A DNA stretch of 64,000 nt from Patescibacteria group bacterium. Its GTDB lineage: Bacteria > Patescibacteriota > JABMPQ01 > JAQVVF01. Position 1 is the first letter of the stretch. Every line of letters begins with the position of its first letter. The notes under the pieces were generated by a model. That model was not told where the DNA came from. It saw only the letters and a program-made list of their open reading frames with translations, and searched no databases. The stretch covers positions 79 through 64,078 of the forward strand of contig JAQVVF010000005.1 in assembly GCA_028699085.1 (NCBI GenBank), read 5' to 3'. This document shows, piece by piece, positions 18,112-28,202 of this stretch. The translations under genes and the position numbers were made by a program.

Positions 18112-19152
18112 ATGCAAGATTTACAACAATTGAAACAACAGGCCTTAAATGAAATACGAAACGCTAATTCGACATCAACAGTTGAACAAATTAGAATTAA
18201 ATTTTTAGGCCGAAAGTCTGGTTTAGTCACAAAAATAATTCAGACTTTGCCAAGTTTGAGCGTTGATCAAAAAAAGAGGCTCGGACCATTAGCCAATCAA
18301 GTCAAACATAATATTAATCAAGCTCTAAATAATAAAATCATCGCTTTAAAATCTCCTGATCATCAGACAGGCGAATTTTTTGATACGACCTTGCCAGGCA
18401 TTCGACCAGAAATAGGGCATTTGCATCCAATCACTTTAGTCTCTCGTGAAGTCGAAGAAATTTTTAAATCAATGGGCTTTCAAGTTCACGAAGGAAATGA
18501 GCTAACTGATTTGCATTATAATTTTTTAGCTTTGAATTTTCCAAAAGATCATCCTGCCATGGATAGTTACGACACTTTTTTTATCGAAAATAAAGAAAAA
18601 GATATCAAATTAGAAAACAAAAGAGTTATGCGCGCTCATACATCAAACATGCAAGTCAAAATAATGGAAAGCAAAAAACCGCCATTGCGCGTGATTGTTC
18701 CAGGCAGATGTTTTAGAAATGAATCAACTGATGCTTCACATGAACACACTTTTTATCAATGCGAAGGGTTCATTGTAGATGAAAAAATTTCTGTTGCAAA
18801 TTTAATTTATACTTTGAAAGAATTTTTAAAAGCTTATTTCAAAAAGGATGAAGTTAAAGTAAGACTTAGACCAGGCTATTTTCCATTTGTTGAGCCAGGA
18901 TTTGAATTAGATTTTGAATGTATGATTTGTGGGGGAAAAGGTTGTCCAGTCTGCAAACAAACTGGTTGGGTAGAGTTAATTCCTTGTGGTATGATTCAGC
19001 AAAATGTTTTTAAATCAGCAGGTTATCCAAAAAATAAATATACTGGATTTGCCTTTGGCATGGGTTTAACAAGACTTGCAATGATGAAATATGGAATTAC
19101 TGATATAAGACTTTTTATGTCCGGTGATTTAAGATTCAATAATCAATTTTAA
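18112..19152 (+). CDS. pheS: Phenylalanine--tRNA ligase alpha subunit
   Basis: Class II aaRS motifs (FRNESTDASHEHTFYQCEG; GFAFGMGLTRLAM). 346 aa. Confidence 0.95.
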   Translation: MQDLQQLKQQALNEIRNANSTSTVEQIRIKFLGRKSGLVTKIIQTLPSLSVDQKKRLGPLANQVKHNINQALNNKIIALKSPDHQTGEFFDTTLPGIRPEIGHLHPITLVSREVEEIFKSMGFQVHEGNELTDLHYNFLALNFPKDHPAMDSYDTFFIENKEKDIKLENKRVMRAHTSNMQVKIMESKKPPLRVIVPGRCFRNESTDASHEHTFYQCEGFIVDEKISVANLIYTLKEFLKAYFKKDEVKVRLRPGYFPFVEPGFELDFECMICGGKGCPVCKQTGWVELIPCGMIQQNVFKSAGYPKNKYTGFAFGMGLTRLAMMKYGITDIRLFMSGDLRFNNQF

Positions 19153-19154
19153 TT

Positions 19155-21488
19155 ATGAAAATATCTGTTAACTGGCTAAAAGATTACGTTAAAATTTCTG
19201 ATCCATACAAATCAGCAGAAAGCCTGACAATGGCAATAGCTGAAGTAGAGGATGTTGTAGATTTATCTAAAAAATTTGATGGCATTATTATTGGCGAGGT
19301 CAAAGAAAAAAAGAAGCATCCCAATGCGGATCGTTTGAATTTAGCCAAAGTAAATGTTGGCAAAGAAATTTTAGATATTGTTTGCGGCGCTTCCAATTTA
19401 GCGGTTAATCAAAAAATTGTTGTTGCAACTATAGGTACAAAATTACCAAATGGTTTAGTAATTAAGCCAGTTGCAATTAGAGGCGAAAAATCTTTTGGCA
19501 TGATCTGTTCTGAAGAAGAATTAGGCTTAGCTAAGAAATCAGAAGGCATTATGGTACTAGACAAGGGCGCAAAAGTTGGTGAAGAATTCAGCAAATACCT
19601 GAATTTAGATGATGTTATTTTTAATATTGATAACAAATCTCTGACTCATCGTTCTGATTTATTTTGCCATATTGGCATTGCTAGGGAAATTGCAGCAGCA
19701 GAATCAAAAAAAATATCATTGCCAAAACTTCCAAAAATTAAAAAAGTTGCTAATAAATTTTCAGTTGAAGTTAAGGACAAAAAACTTTGCCCAAGATATG
19801 AAGCAATAAAATTAGACAATATAAAAATAGAGGAATCTCCTCTGTGGATGCAAGCCAGATTAAATTCAGCAGGCATGAGGCCGATTAATAATATTGTTGA
19901 TATTACAAATTATGTGATGTTGGAATTCGGTCAGCCTTTGCACGCTTTTGATGCTGATAAAATTGGTAGCAAGATAATTGTTAGAAAGGCAAAAAAACAA
20001 GAAAACATAAAAACAATTGATGCTAAAATCAGGCAGTTAAGTGAGGAAATGTTAGTTATTGCAGATAGTAAAAAACCAGTTGCTATCGCTGGCGTAATGG
20101 GTGGTTTTGATTCTGAAGTTTCTAAAGATACAAAATCAATTATTCTAGAATCAGCTAATTTTTATGCTTATTCAATTAGGCAAACTGCCAGAAAATTAGG
20201 TTTGCATTCTGAAGCTGCCACTCGTTATGAAAAAAACATTGCGCCTGAACTAACAAATTATGCGCTACTTCGTGCCGTTCAATTATTTCAAGAAATCTGC
20301 AAAGCAAAAGTAGGAAGTATCGTCACCGACATTTATTCTGCTAGACAGAAAACAATTAAAATCAAATTAGATCCAGAAAAGTTTGCCGAATTTTTAGGTG
20401 AAAAAATTTCATTAACAAAAATTAAATCAATTTTGAAATCTTTAGAATTCAAAATCAGTGGTTCTAAAAATATAATTGTTGAAGTTCCATATTTTAGAAC
20501 TGATATCAATTATGAAGAGGATCTTTATGAGGAAATCGCTAGAATCTATGGCTACGACAATATCAAGCCACAGAGTTTGATTCAAAAATTAGAGCCAGTC
20601 TCAAGTTTAGCAGATTTAAAATTAGGAAATTCAGCTCGTGATATTTTAGCTGGTTTTGGTTTTTCTGAAAGCTATAATTATTCTTTTGTTTCTCAAAATT
20701 TATTACAGAAATCAGGATTTAATGTCACAGAAAATATCAAAGTCTTAAATCCGCAATCAAAAGATTTGCAATATTTAAGAACATCACTTTTGCCAGGTCT
20801 TCTAGATAATGTACGCTTAAATTCCAAAAGATTTGAAAGCATTAAGATCTTTGAAATTGGTCATGTTTATCAAGATTCAGAAAAAAAATATTTATCAGGA
20901 ATAATCTGCGGTAAAAAAGAAAAAATATTCTATAATCTAAAAGGAGTTTTGGAAGGCTTATTAATCAAATTAAATATTGCCTGTCAGTTTGTTCTATTGG
21001 AAAATACACCAAAATATTTAACTTCTGGCAAGTCAATTGAAATAAAGCAAGGATCGAAAATAATTGGCAAAATGGGATTAATAAATCAAAGCAATCTTGA
21101 TCAGATGGGAATCAAGAAAATAAAAGTTGCTTTTTTTGAATTAGACATTAATGAATTAGTTAGCGCCTCAAAAAAAGAAAAGAAATTTCAACAGATACCA
21201 AAATTTCCAGCGATAACGCAAGATTTAGCTTTTGTTTTAGACAAGACAATTCCAGCAGCAACATTAGAAAAAGAGATTTTAAAAATCGGCCAGCCATTAT
21301 TAATAAAAGCAAAATTATTTGATGTTTATACTGGCAAGCCTTTATTACCAAATGAAAGAAATCTAGCATATCATTTGATCTATCAAGATCCAAACAAAAC
21401 TTTGCAAGATCAAGAAGTCCAAACAATTCAGCAAAAGATCATTAATCAGATCAGTCAGAAATTTCAAGCCAAAATTAGAACGCACTAA
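19155..21488 (+). CDS. pheT: Phenylalanine--tRNA ligase beta subunit
   Basis: N-terminal tRNA-binding domain, B3/4 and B5 domains. 777 aa. Immediately downstream of pheS. Confidence 0.95.
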   Translation: MKISVNWLKDYVKISDPYKSAESLTMAIAEVEDVVDLSKKFDGIIIGEVKEKKKHPNADRLNLAKVNVGKEILDIVCGASNLAVNQKIVVATIGTKLPNGLVIKPVAIRGEKSFGMICSEEELGLAKKSEGIMVLDKGAKVGEEFSKYLNLDDVIFNIDNKSLTHRSDLFCHIGIAREIAAAESKKISLPKLPKIKKVANKFSVEVKDKKLCPRYEAIKLDNIKIEESPLWMQARLNSAGMRPINNIVDITNYVMLEFGQPLHAFDADKIGSKIIVRKAKKQENIKTIDAKIRQLSEEMLVIADSKKPVAIAGVMGGFDSEVSKDTKSIILESANFYAYSIRQTARKLGLHSEAATRYEKNIAPELTNYALLRAVQLFQEICKAKVGSIVTDIYSARQKTIKIKLDPEKFAEFLGEKISLTKIKSILKSLEFKISGSKNIIVEVPYFRTDINYEEDLYEEIARIYGYDNIKPQSLIQKLEPVSSLADLKLGNSARDILAGFGFSESYNYSFVSQNLLQKSGFNVTENIKVLNPQSKDLQYLRTSLLPGLLDNVRLNSKRFESIKIFEIGHVYQDSEKKYLSGIICGKKEKIFYNLKGVLEGLLIKLNIACQFVLLENTPKYLTSGKSIEIKQGSKIIGKMGLINQSNLDQMGIKKIKVAFFELDINELVSASKKEKKFQQIPKFPAITQDLAFVLDKTIPAATLEKEILKIGQPLLIKAKLFDVYTGKPLLPNERNLAYHLIYQDPNKTLQDQEVQTIQQKIINQISQKFQAKIRTH

Positions 21489-21547
21489 TCGCGCGAATGG
21501 CTTTCCACGAATTACACAAATATTATTTTAATATAATTTAAACAAAA

Positions 21548-21572
21548 AAGATGGAATAGCCGTCTTTTTTTA
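21548..21572 (+). terminator. Rho-independent terminator after pheT
   Basis: Hairpin gatggaatagccgtc followed by TTTTTTT. Confidence 0.5.
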
Positions 21573-21617
21573 TTCGCGTGATTAGAGGCCTTAAGGCATT
21601 AGTGAGATTTATGAGAT

Positions 21618-21643
21618 AAAAAAAGACCGAGGGTTAATCGGTC
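21618..21643 (-). terminator. Rho-independent terminator after the minus-strand orphan gene
   Basis: Minus-strand hairpin gaccgattaaccctcggtc followed by TTTTTTT. Located 7 nt past the TAG stop at 21650..21652. Confidence 0.5.
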
Positions 21644-21649
21644 AAAGAT

Positions 21650-22981
21650 CTATTGTTCCAAAACCATTGAATTTGTTTCATCAGCTCCTCGATTAGACAT
21701 TGCCTGCAAGAAAATTCTCATTGCGAGAAGTTGCTTGCTAGGCGCCAGAGAGTTATAATAGGTCCGCCAAGCCATGCTTTGCTGATCAGTACCGCGAATT
21801 GAAGCGATCAATTCGATCTCTTCTCGCATTTCCTGTTGATTATCAAGCATCTGGCCGACAAACTTGTCTTTGCGCTCTTCAATCAAATCTTCAGCAATCA
21901 TGATCAAAACATCCAAAGCAACTTCATCAGAAGTGATGTACAAACAGAAGTCTCTGTTATCATTATAGATTGCAGAATCATCCAACTCTGGATAGCACGC
22001 CTGCAATCTTTTTTGAATTTCTGTTGTATCAAGATGTTCAGGTGTTTTGTAGTCATCATGGTAAATCACCAGCTGGATTCGCTCGCGGTGCTTCGTGATG
22101 ATACAATCGACCTGCTGCTTGCCATCGAGATAAGGTGGCTTGCCGAAAAAGATCCGAGCAGTCTGTCCGTTTACTCCGGAATCGCTGAAGTCATGGTAGT
22201 ACAGACGAACTCCAAAGAGGGTCTTGTATGTACCTTTTTTGGCTTCATTGAAGTTCCTGCCGAACATCAACCTCACAGACATGAAAGCATCCAAGCTATA
22301 GAACGCTGCGATTACCGCTTCAGCGAAATACGCATCGTCCTTCTTGGTACGCTCGCCGGTCTGCAAGTAGTTGAGTCCTCGGAGCAAATCAGCCAAACCA
22401 TAAAGATTGCGCATCTCGTATTCATTACGACCGTCAAACTCTTTGCCGTAATCTTTGGCATCGATGAATGCAGTCATAACCTTGAGATGCTCATACCTTG
22501 GACTTTCACGCAATCGATCTTCATGCATCCTGAAAACAATGCCAGTAGCAGAAAACCCATTGTCAACGTCGCCGTGATGATCATAGAAAAAAACTCGCTG
22601 TCCGACCTTAAACTTTTCTGGAGTCCAAGGATCAAGCTTCCGGCCAGTGTCAAAGTGGACAATCATCACGCGAGAGCGCTTGACGCCATTTTGCACTGGA
22701 TTCTCAGCGGTTTCATTTTCTTCGTTATCATCATCAGCCTTCTTTACTTCATCAGAAAAAGGAATCCAACGATCTTGATCAGTGTGAAAAAATCCATCCT
22801 GCAGATATTCTTCGCCATTCTTGACAAACAGCAAACGAATTCTTGCATCTTTCCAAGACAATCCAAATGCTTCACAAAACATATACATTGCACAAGAAAC
22901 ATCGCGGTCAGGCAACTGATGCCCAACAAAAAGGAGATAATCAAGATGCAAAAAATAAAACAAATCCTTCTTTGTCACCAT
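21650..22981 (-). CDS. Hypothetical protein, probably horizontally acquired
   Basis: 443 aa when started at the ATG at 22979..22981, which is preceded by AGGAGGA. The ORF-track TTG start at 23032 is less likely. GC content is about 45%, against a ~30% background. No recognised domain. Confidence 0.5.
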   Translation of the reverse strand: MVTKKDLFYFLHLDYLLFVGHQLPDRDVSCAMYMFCEAFGLSWKDARIRLLFVKNGEEYLQDGFFHTDQDRWIPFSDEVKKADDDNEENETAENPVQNGVKRSRVMIVHFDTGRKLDPWTPEKFKVGQRVFFYDHHGDVDNGFSATGIVFRMHEDRLRESPRYEHLKVMTAFIDAKDYGKEFDGRNEYEMRNLYGLADLLRGLNYLQTGERTKKDDAYFAEAVIAAFYSLDAFMSVRLMFGRNFNEAKKGTYKTLFGVRLYYHDFSDSGVNGQTARIFFGKPPYLDGKQQVDCIITKHRERIQLVIYHDDYKTPEHLDTTEIQKRLQACYPELDDSAIYNDNRDFCLYITSDEVALDVLIMIAEDLIEERKDKFVGQMLDNQQEMREEIELIASIRGTDQQSMAWRTYYNSLAPSKQLLAMRIFLQAMSNRGADETNSMVLEQ

Positions 22982-23194
22982 CGTGTCCTCCTTCGAAGTC
23001 AATAATTCAGAGTGCTTACTTGCACAGGTCAAAATATATTAGCATATCTTTTTTATTTTGTCAATCAATACGTTATAATATCCCTTAATTAAGCCAAAAC
23101 AGAATATCACATATCCCCAAATTTTCCTTGCAAAATCATCATTATTTGTTATACTAATATTGTTTAGAAAACTCTAATTTTATGTTTAAAAAAT

Positions 23195-25237
23195 ATGGCA
23201 ACTCAGAAAAAAGATAAAAAAGATACGAATTCATACGGTGCTTCTTCAATTGCTGTTCTAAAAGGTCTTGAACCTGTTCGCAAACGTCCTGGTATGTATA
23301 TTGGCGGAACGGGCATTGAAGGTCTTCATCATTTGATTTGGGAAGTTGTTGATAATTCCATCGATGAAGCCATGGCTGGTTATTGTAAAAATATTACTGT
23401 TACATTGCATGAAGGCAATAAAGTTACAGTCACTGACGATGGTCGCGGTATTCCAGTTGAAATCCACAAAGCAACTAAAAAATCAACGCTAGAAACTGTT
23501 TTAACTGTTTTGCATGCTGGTGGAAAATTTGGTGGTGGCGGTTATAAAGTTTCTGGCGGTTTACATGGTGTTGGTGTTTCTGTTGTTAATGCGTTGTCAC
23601 AATATTTAAAAGCTGAAGTTACAAGAGATGGTTATATCTGGGAGCAAGAATATAAAAGAGGAAAGGCGCAAGGTAAAGTCAAAAAAGCAAAGAAAGCAAA
23701 AGGCACAGGTACAGTAATTACTTTTGAGCCAGATCCAGAAATTTTTCCCAAAATAGAATTTGATTGGAAAACAATTGTTACCCATTTGCGTCAGCAAGCT
23801 TATTTAACCAAAGGGGTTAAAATTTCCATAACTGATAAAAGAAAAGGACATGAGTTAGTACCAAATATTCCACGTTCTTTGACTTTTTATTTTGAAGGCG
23901 GAATTTTATCTTATGTAAAGTTTTTGAATCGAACAGAAAAAGTTGTTCATTCAAATCCATTTTATATTGAAAAAGCAAAAGATGATGTTATGGTTGAAGT
24001 TGCATTACAATATACGGAAGAGATCAAGGGCATTGAGATGACATTTGCTAATAACATTTATACTCCAGAAGGCGGTACTCATCTTATGGGCTTTAGAACT
24101 GCTGTGACAAGAGTTATCAATGATTATGCTCGAAAGAATGGTTATCTTAAAGAAAAAGAAGATAATCTAACTGGCGATGACGTAAGAGAAGGACAGACAG
24201 CAGTTGTTTCATTAAAGCTTCCAGATCCTCAATTTGAAGGCCAGACAAAGGCAAAATTAGGTAACTCTGAAATAAGACCAATAGTAAGTTCAATCGTTTA
24301 TGAATATTTTTCACAATTTTTAGAAGAACATCCACAAGACGCGCGTCAAATTATTGCTAAAACTTTATTAGCTTGCAAAGCTAGATTAGCAGCTAAGGCA
24401 GCTAAAGAAACCGTTATTCGTAAAGGCATTATGGAAGGATTGACCTTGCCAGGAAAACTAGCTGATTGCTCATCTAGAAAGCCAGAAGAATCAGAATTAT
24501 ATATCGTCGAGGGTGACTCCGCTGGAGGTTCTGCAAAACAAGGACGTGATAGAAATTTTCAAGCCATTCTTCCTTTACGCGGTAAAATTTTAAATGTTGA
24601 AAGAGCTAGAATTGATAAGATGTTATCTTCCAAAGAAATCAAAGCTTTAATTATTGCCATGGGCATGGGAGTAGGGGAAGAAAAAGAAGTTGAAAAGATG
24701 CGTTATCACCGAATCATCATCATGACTGATGCTGATGTCGACGGCGCTCACATTAGAACATTGCTATTAACTTTTTTCTATCGTTATTATTCAGAAATTA
24801 TCGACAAGGGCTATCTATATATTGCCCAGCCGCCATTATATCGAATTGAAAAAAATAAAAAGGTCAACTATGCTTATACTGATCAAGATAAAGAAAGATT
24901 ATTAAGTCAATTTGAAAAAGAAATTAGCAAGAAACCTAAAAAAAGCAAAATTGAAAAAGTTGGATTTATTGTCAAAGAATTAGAAGATGCAGAAACAGCT
25001 GGTGAAGAAAAAATCGCTGGTGTTAGCATCCAACGTTACAAAGGCTTAGGCGAAATGAATCCAGAACAGCTTTGGGAAACAACAATGGATCCAAAAAATC
25101 GTGTTATGCTTCAAGTCAAAGTTGAAGATGCAGCCAAGGCTGATGAGACTTTTGATATTCTAATGGGCAATGAAGTCGAACCAAGAAAAAGGTTTATCCA
25201 GACACATGCAGTAAAGGTCAAAAATTTGGATATATAA
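23195..25237 (+). CDS. gyrB: DNA gyrase subunit B
   Basis: GHKL ATPase (EVVDNSIDEAMAG), Toprim (EGDSAGGSAK) and C-terminal tail. 680 aa. Confidence 0.95.
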   Translation: MATQKKDKKDTNSYGASSIAVLKGLEPVRKRPGMYIGGTGIEGLHHLIWEVVDNSIDEAMAGYCKNITVTLHEGNKVTVTDDGRGIPVEIHKATKKSTLETVLTVLHAGGKFGGGGYKVSGGLHGVGVSVVNALSQYLKAEVTRDGYIWEQEYKRGKAQGKVKKAKKAKGTGTVITFEPDPEIFPKIEFDWKTIVTHLRQQAYLTKGVKISITDKRKGHELVPNIPRSLTFYFEGGILSYVKFLNRTEKVVHSNPFYIEKAKDDVMVEVALQYTEEIKGIEMTFANNIYTPEGGTHLMGFRTAVTRVINDYARKNGYLKEKEDNLTGDDVREGQTAVVSLKLPDPQFEGQTKAKLGNSEIRPIVSSIVYEYFSQFLEEHPQDARQIIAKTLLACKARLAAKAAKETVIRKGIMEGLTLPGKLADCSSRKPEESELYIVEGDSAGGSAKQGRDRNFQAILPLRGKILNVERARIDKMLSSKEIKALIIAMGMGVGEEKEVEKMRYHRIIIMTDADVDGAHIRTLLLTFFYRYYSEIIDKGYLYIAQPPLYRIEKNKKVNYAYTDQDKERLLSQFEKEISKKPKKSKIEKVGFIVKELEDAETAGEEKIAGVSIQRYKGLGEMNPEQLWETTMDPKNRVMLQVKVEDAAKADETFDILMGNEVEPRKRFIQTHAVKVKNLDI

Positions 25238-25282
25238 AAAAGAGACAAAGTCTCTTAGCATGGAATGAACATAATTAATTTT

Positions 25283-25465
25283 TTATTGTTTCGGTTTTTC
25301 TTTTTTCTGCGAAGGTGTTTCTTTATCGGACGGATTTACTAGATATGTTAATCCAGTTTTCGGATCACGCCGAGCTAAGCCAAGAGCGAATGCAATTACA
25401 AGCAGATCTTCAGCCTCTTGTTCTAAAAAAGTCATTGGCTTGACTTCGAGATCATTCTTAGCCAT
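25283..25465 (-). CDS. Hypothetical small protein (60 aa) with strong SD
   Basis: MAKNDLEVKPMTFLEQEAEDLLVIAFALGLARRDPK.... AGGAGGAA 4 nt upstream of the ATG at 25463..25465. Lies between gyrB and secE. Confidence 0.35.
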   Translation of the reverse strand: MAKNDLEVKPMTFLEQEAEDLLVIAFALGLARRDPKTGLTYLVNPSDKETPSQKKEKPKQ

Positions 25466-25593
25466 CTTGTTCCTCCTACTATTGCATAAGCATAGCATAG
25501 ACAAAACAAAAGCACTTGACAATATATTTTTAATAAATTATAATGGAACTAATAAATAGTGGTTCCAGCCGCTGTTTTTTAATAAAGAAACTT

Positions 25594-25791
25594 ATGAAGA
25601 TCAAAGAAATTTTTCCAAGAATTATTAATTATTTTAAAGAATCCAGAGAAGAATTAAAAAAAGTTGTTTGGCCAACTAGACAAGAATTATTTCGCCATAC
25701 TTTAATTGTGATTGGTGTTTCATTAGCAACTGCTGCATTTTTAGGAATCTTTGATTATGGTTTTTCTAAACTATTACAGTTATTTATTTAA
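25594..25791 (+). CDS. secE: Preprotein translocase subunit SecE
   Basis: 65 aa from the internal ATG at 25594. Single C-terminal TM and KKVVWPTRQEL motif. Immediately upstream of nusG (conserved synteny). Confidence 0.7.
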   Translation: MKIKEIFPRIINYFKESREELKKVVWPTRQELFRHTLIVIGVSLATAAFLGIFDYGFSKLLQLFI

Positions 25792-25820
25792 TTTTGATTT
25801 TTGAATTTTAATTAATATTT

Positions 25821-26366
25821 ATGCCAAAGCAAATTGGACCAAAAGAAAGACAATGGTATGTTTTGCACACATATTCTGGATACGAAGAGAATGTCTCAGA
25901 AAACTTAAAGCAAAGAATCGAGTCTATGAATATGCAGGACAAGATTTTTAATGTTTTAGTTCCAAAAGAAAAAAAGATCAAAATCAAGAATGGCAAAAGA
26001 AAAACAGTTGAAGAAAAAGTTTATCCAGGATATGTATTGGTTGAAATGATTGTAACAGACGAGTCATGGTATGTAGTTAGAAACACTCCTAACGTAACTG
26101 GTTTTATCGGTTCCGGAACAATTCCACTTCCTATTTCTGAAAAAGAATATGAATCATTGAAAAAGAGAATGGGAGTTGAAGAGCCAAAATTTAAAATTGA
26201 TGTTGCTGTTGGTGAGACAGTAAAAATTACTGATGGTCCATTCAAGGATTTTGATGGCAAGGTTAACAAAATTGACGAAGAAAAAGGAACAGTTAAAGTT
26301 CTTGTTAATATGTTTGGTCGTGAAACTCCAGTCGAATTAGATTTCTTGCAAATCAAGAAAATCTAA
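25821..26366 (+). CDS. nusG: Transcription termination/antitermination factor NusG
   Basis: NGN domain (WYVLHTYSGYE) and C-terminal KOW. 181 aa. Confidence 0.9.
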   Translation: MPKQIGPKERQWYVLHTYSGYEENVSENLKQRIESMNMQDKIFNVLVPKEKKIKIKNGKRKTVEEKVYPGYVLVEMIVTDESWYVVRNTPNVTGFIGSGTIPLPISEKEYESLKKRMGVEEPKFKIDVAVGETVKITDGPFKDFDGKVNKIDEEKGTVKVLVNMFGRETPVELDFLQIKKI

Positions 26367-26425
26367 TTTTAAAAATTATCATTTCTTGTTTTAGCTCGAA
26401 ATGACAGATAAATAAAAACAAAAAA

Positions 26426-26971
26426 ATGTTTTATCTAATTTTTCAAGCGCTTTATTTCATATTACCTGCTGGAATCGCTAACATGGCTCCAGTTTTTGCA
26501 AAAAAGATTAATTTCTTAAATATTCCTGTTGATTTCGGAAAAAGCTTTCGTGGTCAAAGAATTTTTGGTGATCACAAGACTTGGCGTGGATATTTTTCTG
26601 CAATTATAATTGGTGTGATCGTTTCTGGCATTCAAGCTTATCTATATTTCAGTTTTGAATTCTTTCAATCCTTGACAATCTTCCCATTTAGAGAGTATAA
26701 TTTTATACTCTTCGGTTTTTTGTCAGCATTAGGTGCGATGATCGGAGATACAGTTAAAAGTTTCTTTAAACGTCAAGCAAATGTGCAGCCAGGTCAAAAG
26801 TTTATTCCTTGGGATCAAATTGATTTTATTCTCGGTGCATTAATCTTTATTTCATTCTATTTTCGTCCAAACTGGCTAGTTTACGTAATCTTGTTGGTCC
26901 TTGTGCCGTTTCTCCATGTTTTAATTAATAGAATCGGATTCTGGCTAGGTATTCACAAGACAAAATGGTAG
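26426..26971 (+). CDS. CDP-archaeol synthase-like membrane protein (CarS/DUF46 family CTP-transferase)
   Basis: 181-aa polytopic membrane protein with GDHKTWRG and GDTVKSFFKRQ...PWDQIDF motifs, which resemble the CarS family. Confidence 0.6.
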   Translation: MFYLIFQALYFILPAGIANMAPVFAKKINFLNIPVDFGKSFRGQRIFGDHKTWRGYFSAIIIGVIVSGIQAYLYFSFEFFQSLTIFPFREYNFILFGFLSALGAMIGDTVKSFFKRQANVQPGQKFIPWDQIDFILGALIFISFYFRPNWLVYVILLVLVPFLHVLINRIGFWLGIHKTKW

Positions 26972-27092
26972 TTTCAAATTTAAAATGCAAAGATAAAAAT
27001 GCAAAATTACAATTTAAAATTAAAAATTTATTTAATTTTAAATTTTGCACTGTCATTTTACATTTTTATTTTTAAATTTTAATTTTATTATT

Positions 27093-27515
27093 ATGGCTAA
27101 AATTAAGACAGTAATCAAATTACAAATTCCAGCTGCAAAAGCAAATCCAGCTCCTCCAATTGGTCCGGCATTAGGCCAACATGGTTTGAATATTCAGGAA
27201 TTTTGTACAAAATTTAACGCTGCAACAAAAGATAAAGCAGGCGATATTATTCCAGTAGAAATTACAGTTTTTGAAGATCGAACTTATGATTTTATTTTAA
27301 AAACTCCTCCAGCTGCTGAATTATTAAAAAAAGCTGCCAAGATTCAAAAGGGTTCCGGAACACCAAACAAGCAAAAAGTTGGAGTAGTCACAAAGGCACA
27401 ATTGCAAGAAATTGCAAAAGTAAAAATGCCTGATCTAAATACTGACGATGTAGAGCAAGCAATGAAGATCATCGAAGGTACAGCAAAAAATATGGGTTTG
27501 ACCATCAAAGGATAA
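27093..27515 (+). CDS. rplK: 50S ribosomal protein L11
   Basis: [34 protein letters not shown]. Internal start at 27093; the upstream ORF extension is spurious. Confidence 0.9.
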   Translation: MAKIKTVIKLQIPAAKANPAPPIGPALGQHGLNIQEFCTKFNAATKDKAGDIIPVEITVFEDRTYDFILKTPPAAELLKKAAKIQKGSGTPNKQKVGVVTKAQLQEIAKVKMPDLNTDDVEQAMKIIEGTAKNMGLTIKG

Positions 27516-27524
27516 GAAAAATAA

Positions 27525-28112
27525 ATGTTTATAAGGGAAATAAAAAAGTATTCAGATAATATTTTACCGCTTAAGTTTTATAAATTCTTAGAGCGAATAG
27601 GGTTGTCTCCAAACAAGCTTACCCTTTTCGCTCTTTTTTTTAAAATTTCGGTCCTTTATTTTTTCTATAACGGGCAAATTGTTCTCGGAGGAATATTTAT
27701 TGCTTGCGATTATTTTTTTGATTATTTAGATGGCACAATGGCAAGAAGATTGGACAGAGTTACTCCATTTGGTACATATTATGATACAGTTCTAGACAGA
27801 TTTTTCAGAACTGCAGGTTGGCCACTCTCATTGGCATTTGGCAGTATAATAACTTTCAAAATTGCAGCTCTTCTTATTGCTTTCAATTTACTCTTGATTT
27901 TCTCTTCAAGTGTGGTAGAATCATATAAATTGCGTCACTTCCCATTTATGTTGAATGTTTTTTATCTCATACCGTATGGCGCATTATTAAATCAAGTCGA
28001 GCTAGCTGCAACATTAGAAGCAATAGTTGCATTTATACTGCTAATAACTAATACAATTACAATAATTGTTTTAAATTTTAGAAATAATAGTGGAAGTCCA
28101 GCACATAAATAG
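27525..28112 (+). CDS. CDP-alcohol phosphatidyltransferase family membrane protein
   Basis: Perfect signature D-G-x2-A-R-x8-G-x3-D-x3-D (DGTMARRLDRVTPFGTYYDTVLD). Multi-TM. 195 aa. Confidence 0.75.
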   Translation: MFIREIKKYSDNILPLKFYKFLERIGLSPNKLTLFALFFKISVLYFFYNGQIVLGGIFIACDYFFDYLDGTMARRLDRVTPFGTYYDTVLDRFFRTAGWPLSLAFGSIITFKIAALLIAFNLLLIFSSSVVESYKLRHFPFMLNVFYLIPYGALLNQVELAATLEAIVAFILLITNTITIIVLNFRNNSGSPAHK

Positions 28113-28202
28113 TTATGTGCTGTGACGTTAAAACCACACGCTTTAAGTTAATTAATTAATCTTTTAATAAAAGTTAATTAAGAAAGCTTAAAGCAAACTA
28201 TA

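Noticed and set aside
21836-23005. 389-aa plus-strand ORF
   Set aside because: It is entirely antisense to the better-supported minus-strand gene 21650..22981, which has an SD, a terminator and a plausible composition. Its translation is Ile/Leu/Phe-rich shadow sequence.
23033-23194. Possible mobile-element scar or integrase site next to the high-GC orphan gene
   Set aside because: No direct or inverted repeats, tRNA or recombinase fragment were found in this 160-bp AT-rich spacer. It most simply contains the divergent promoters for the orphan gene and gyrB.
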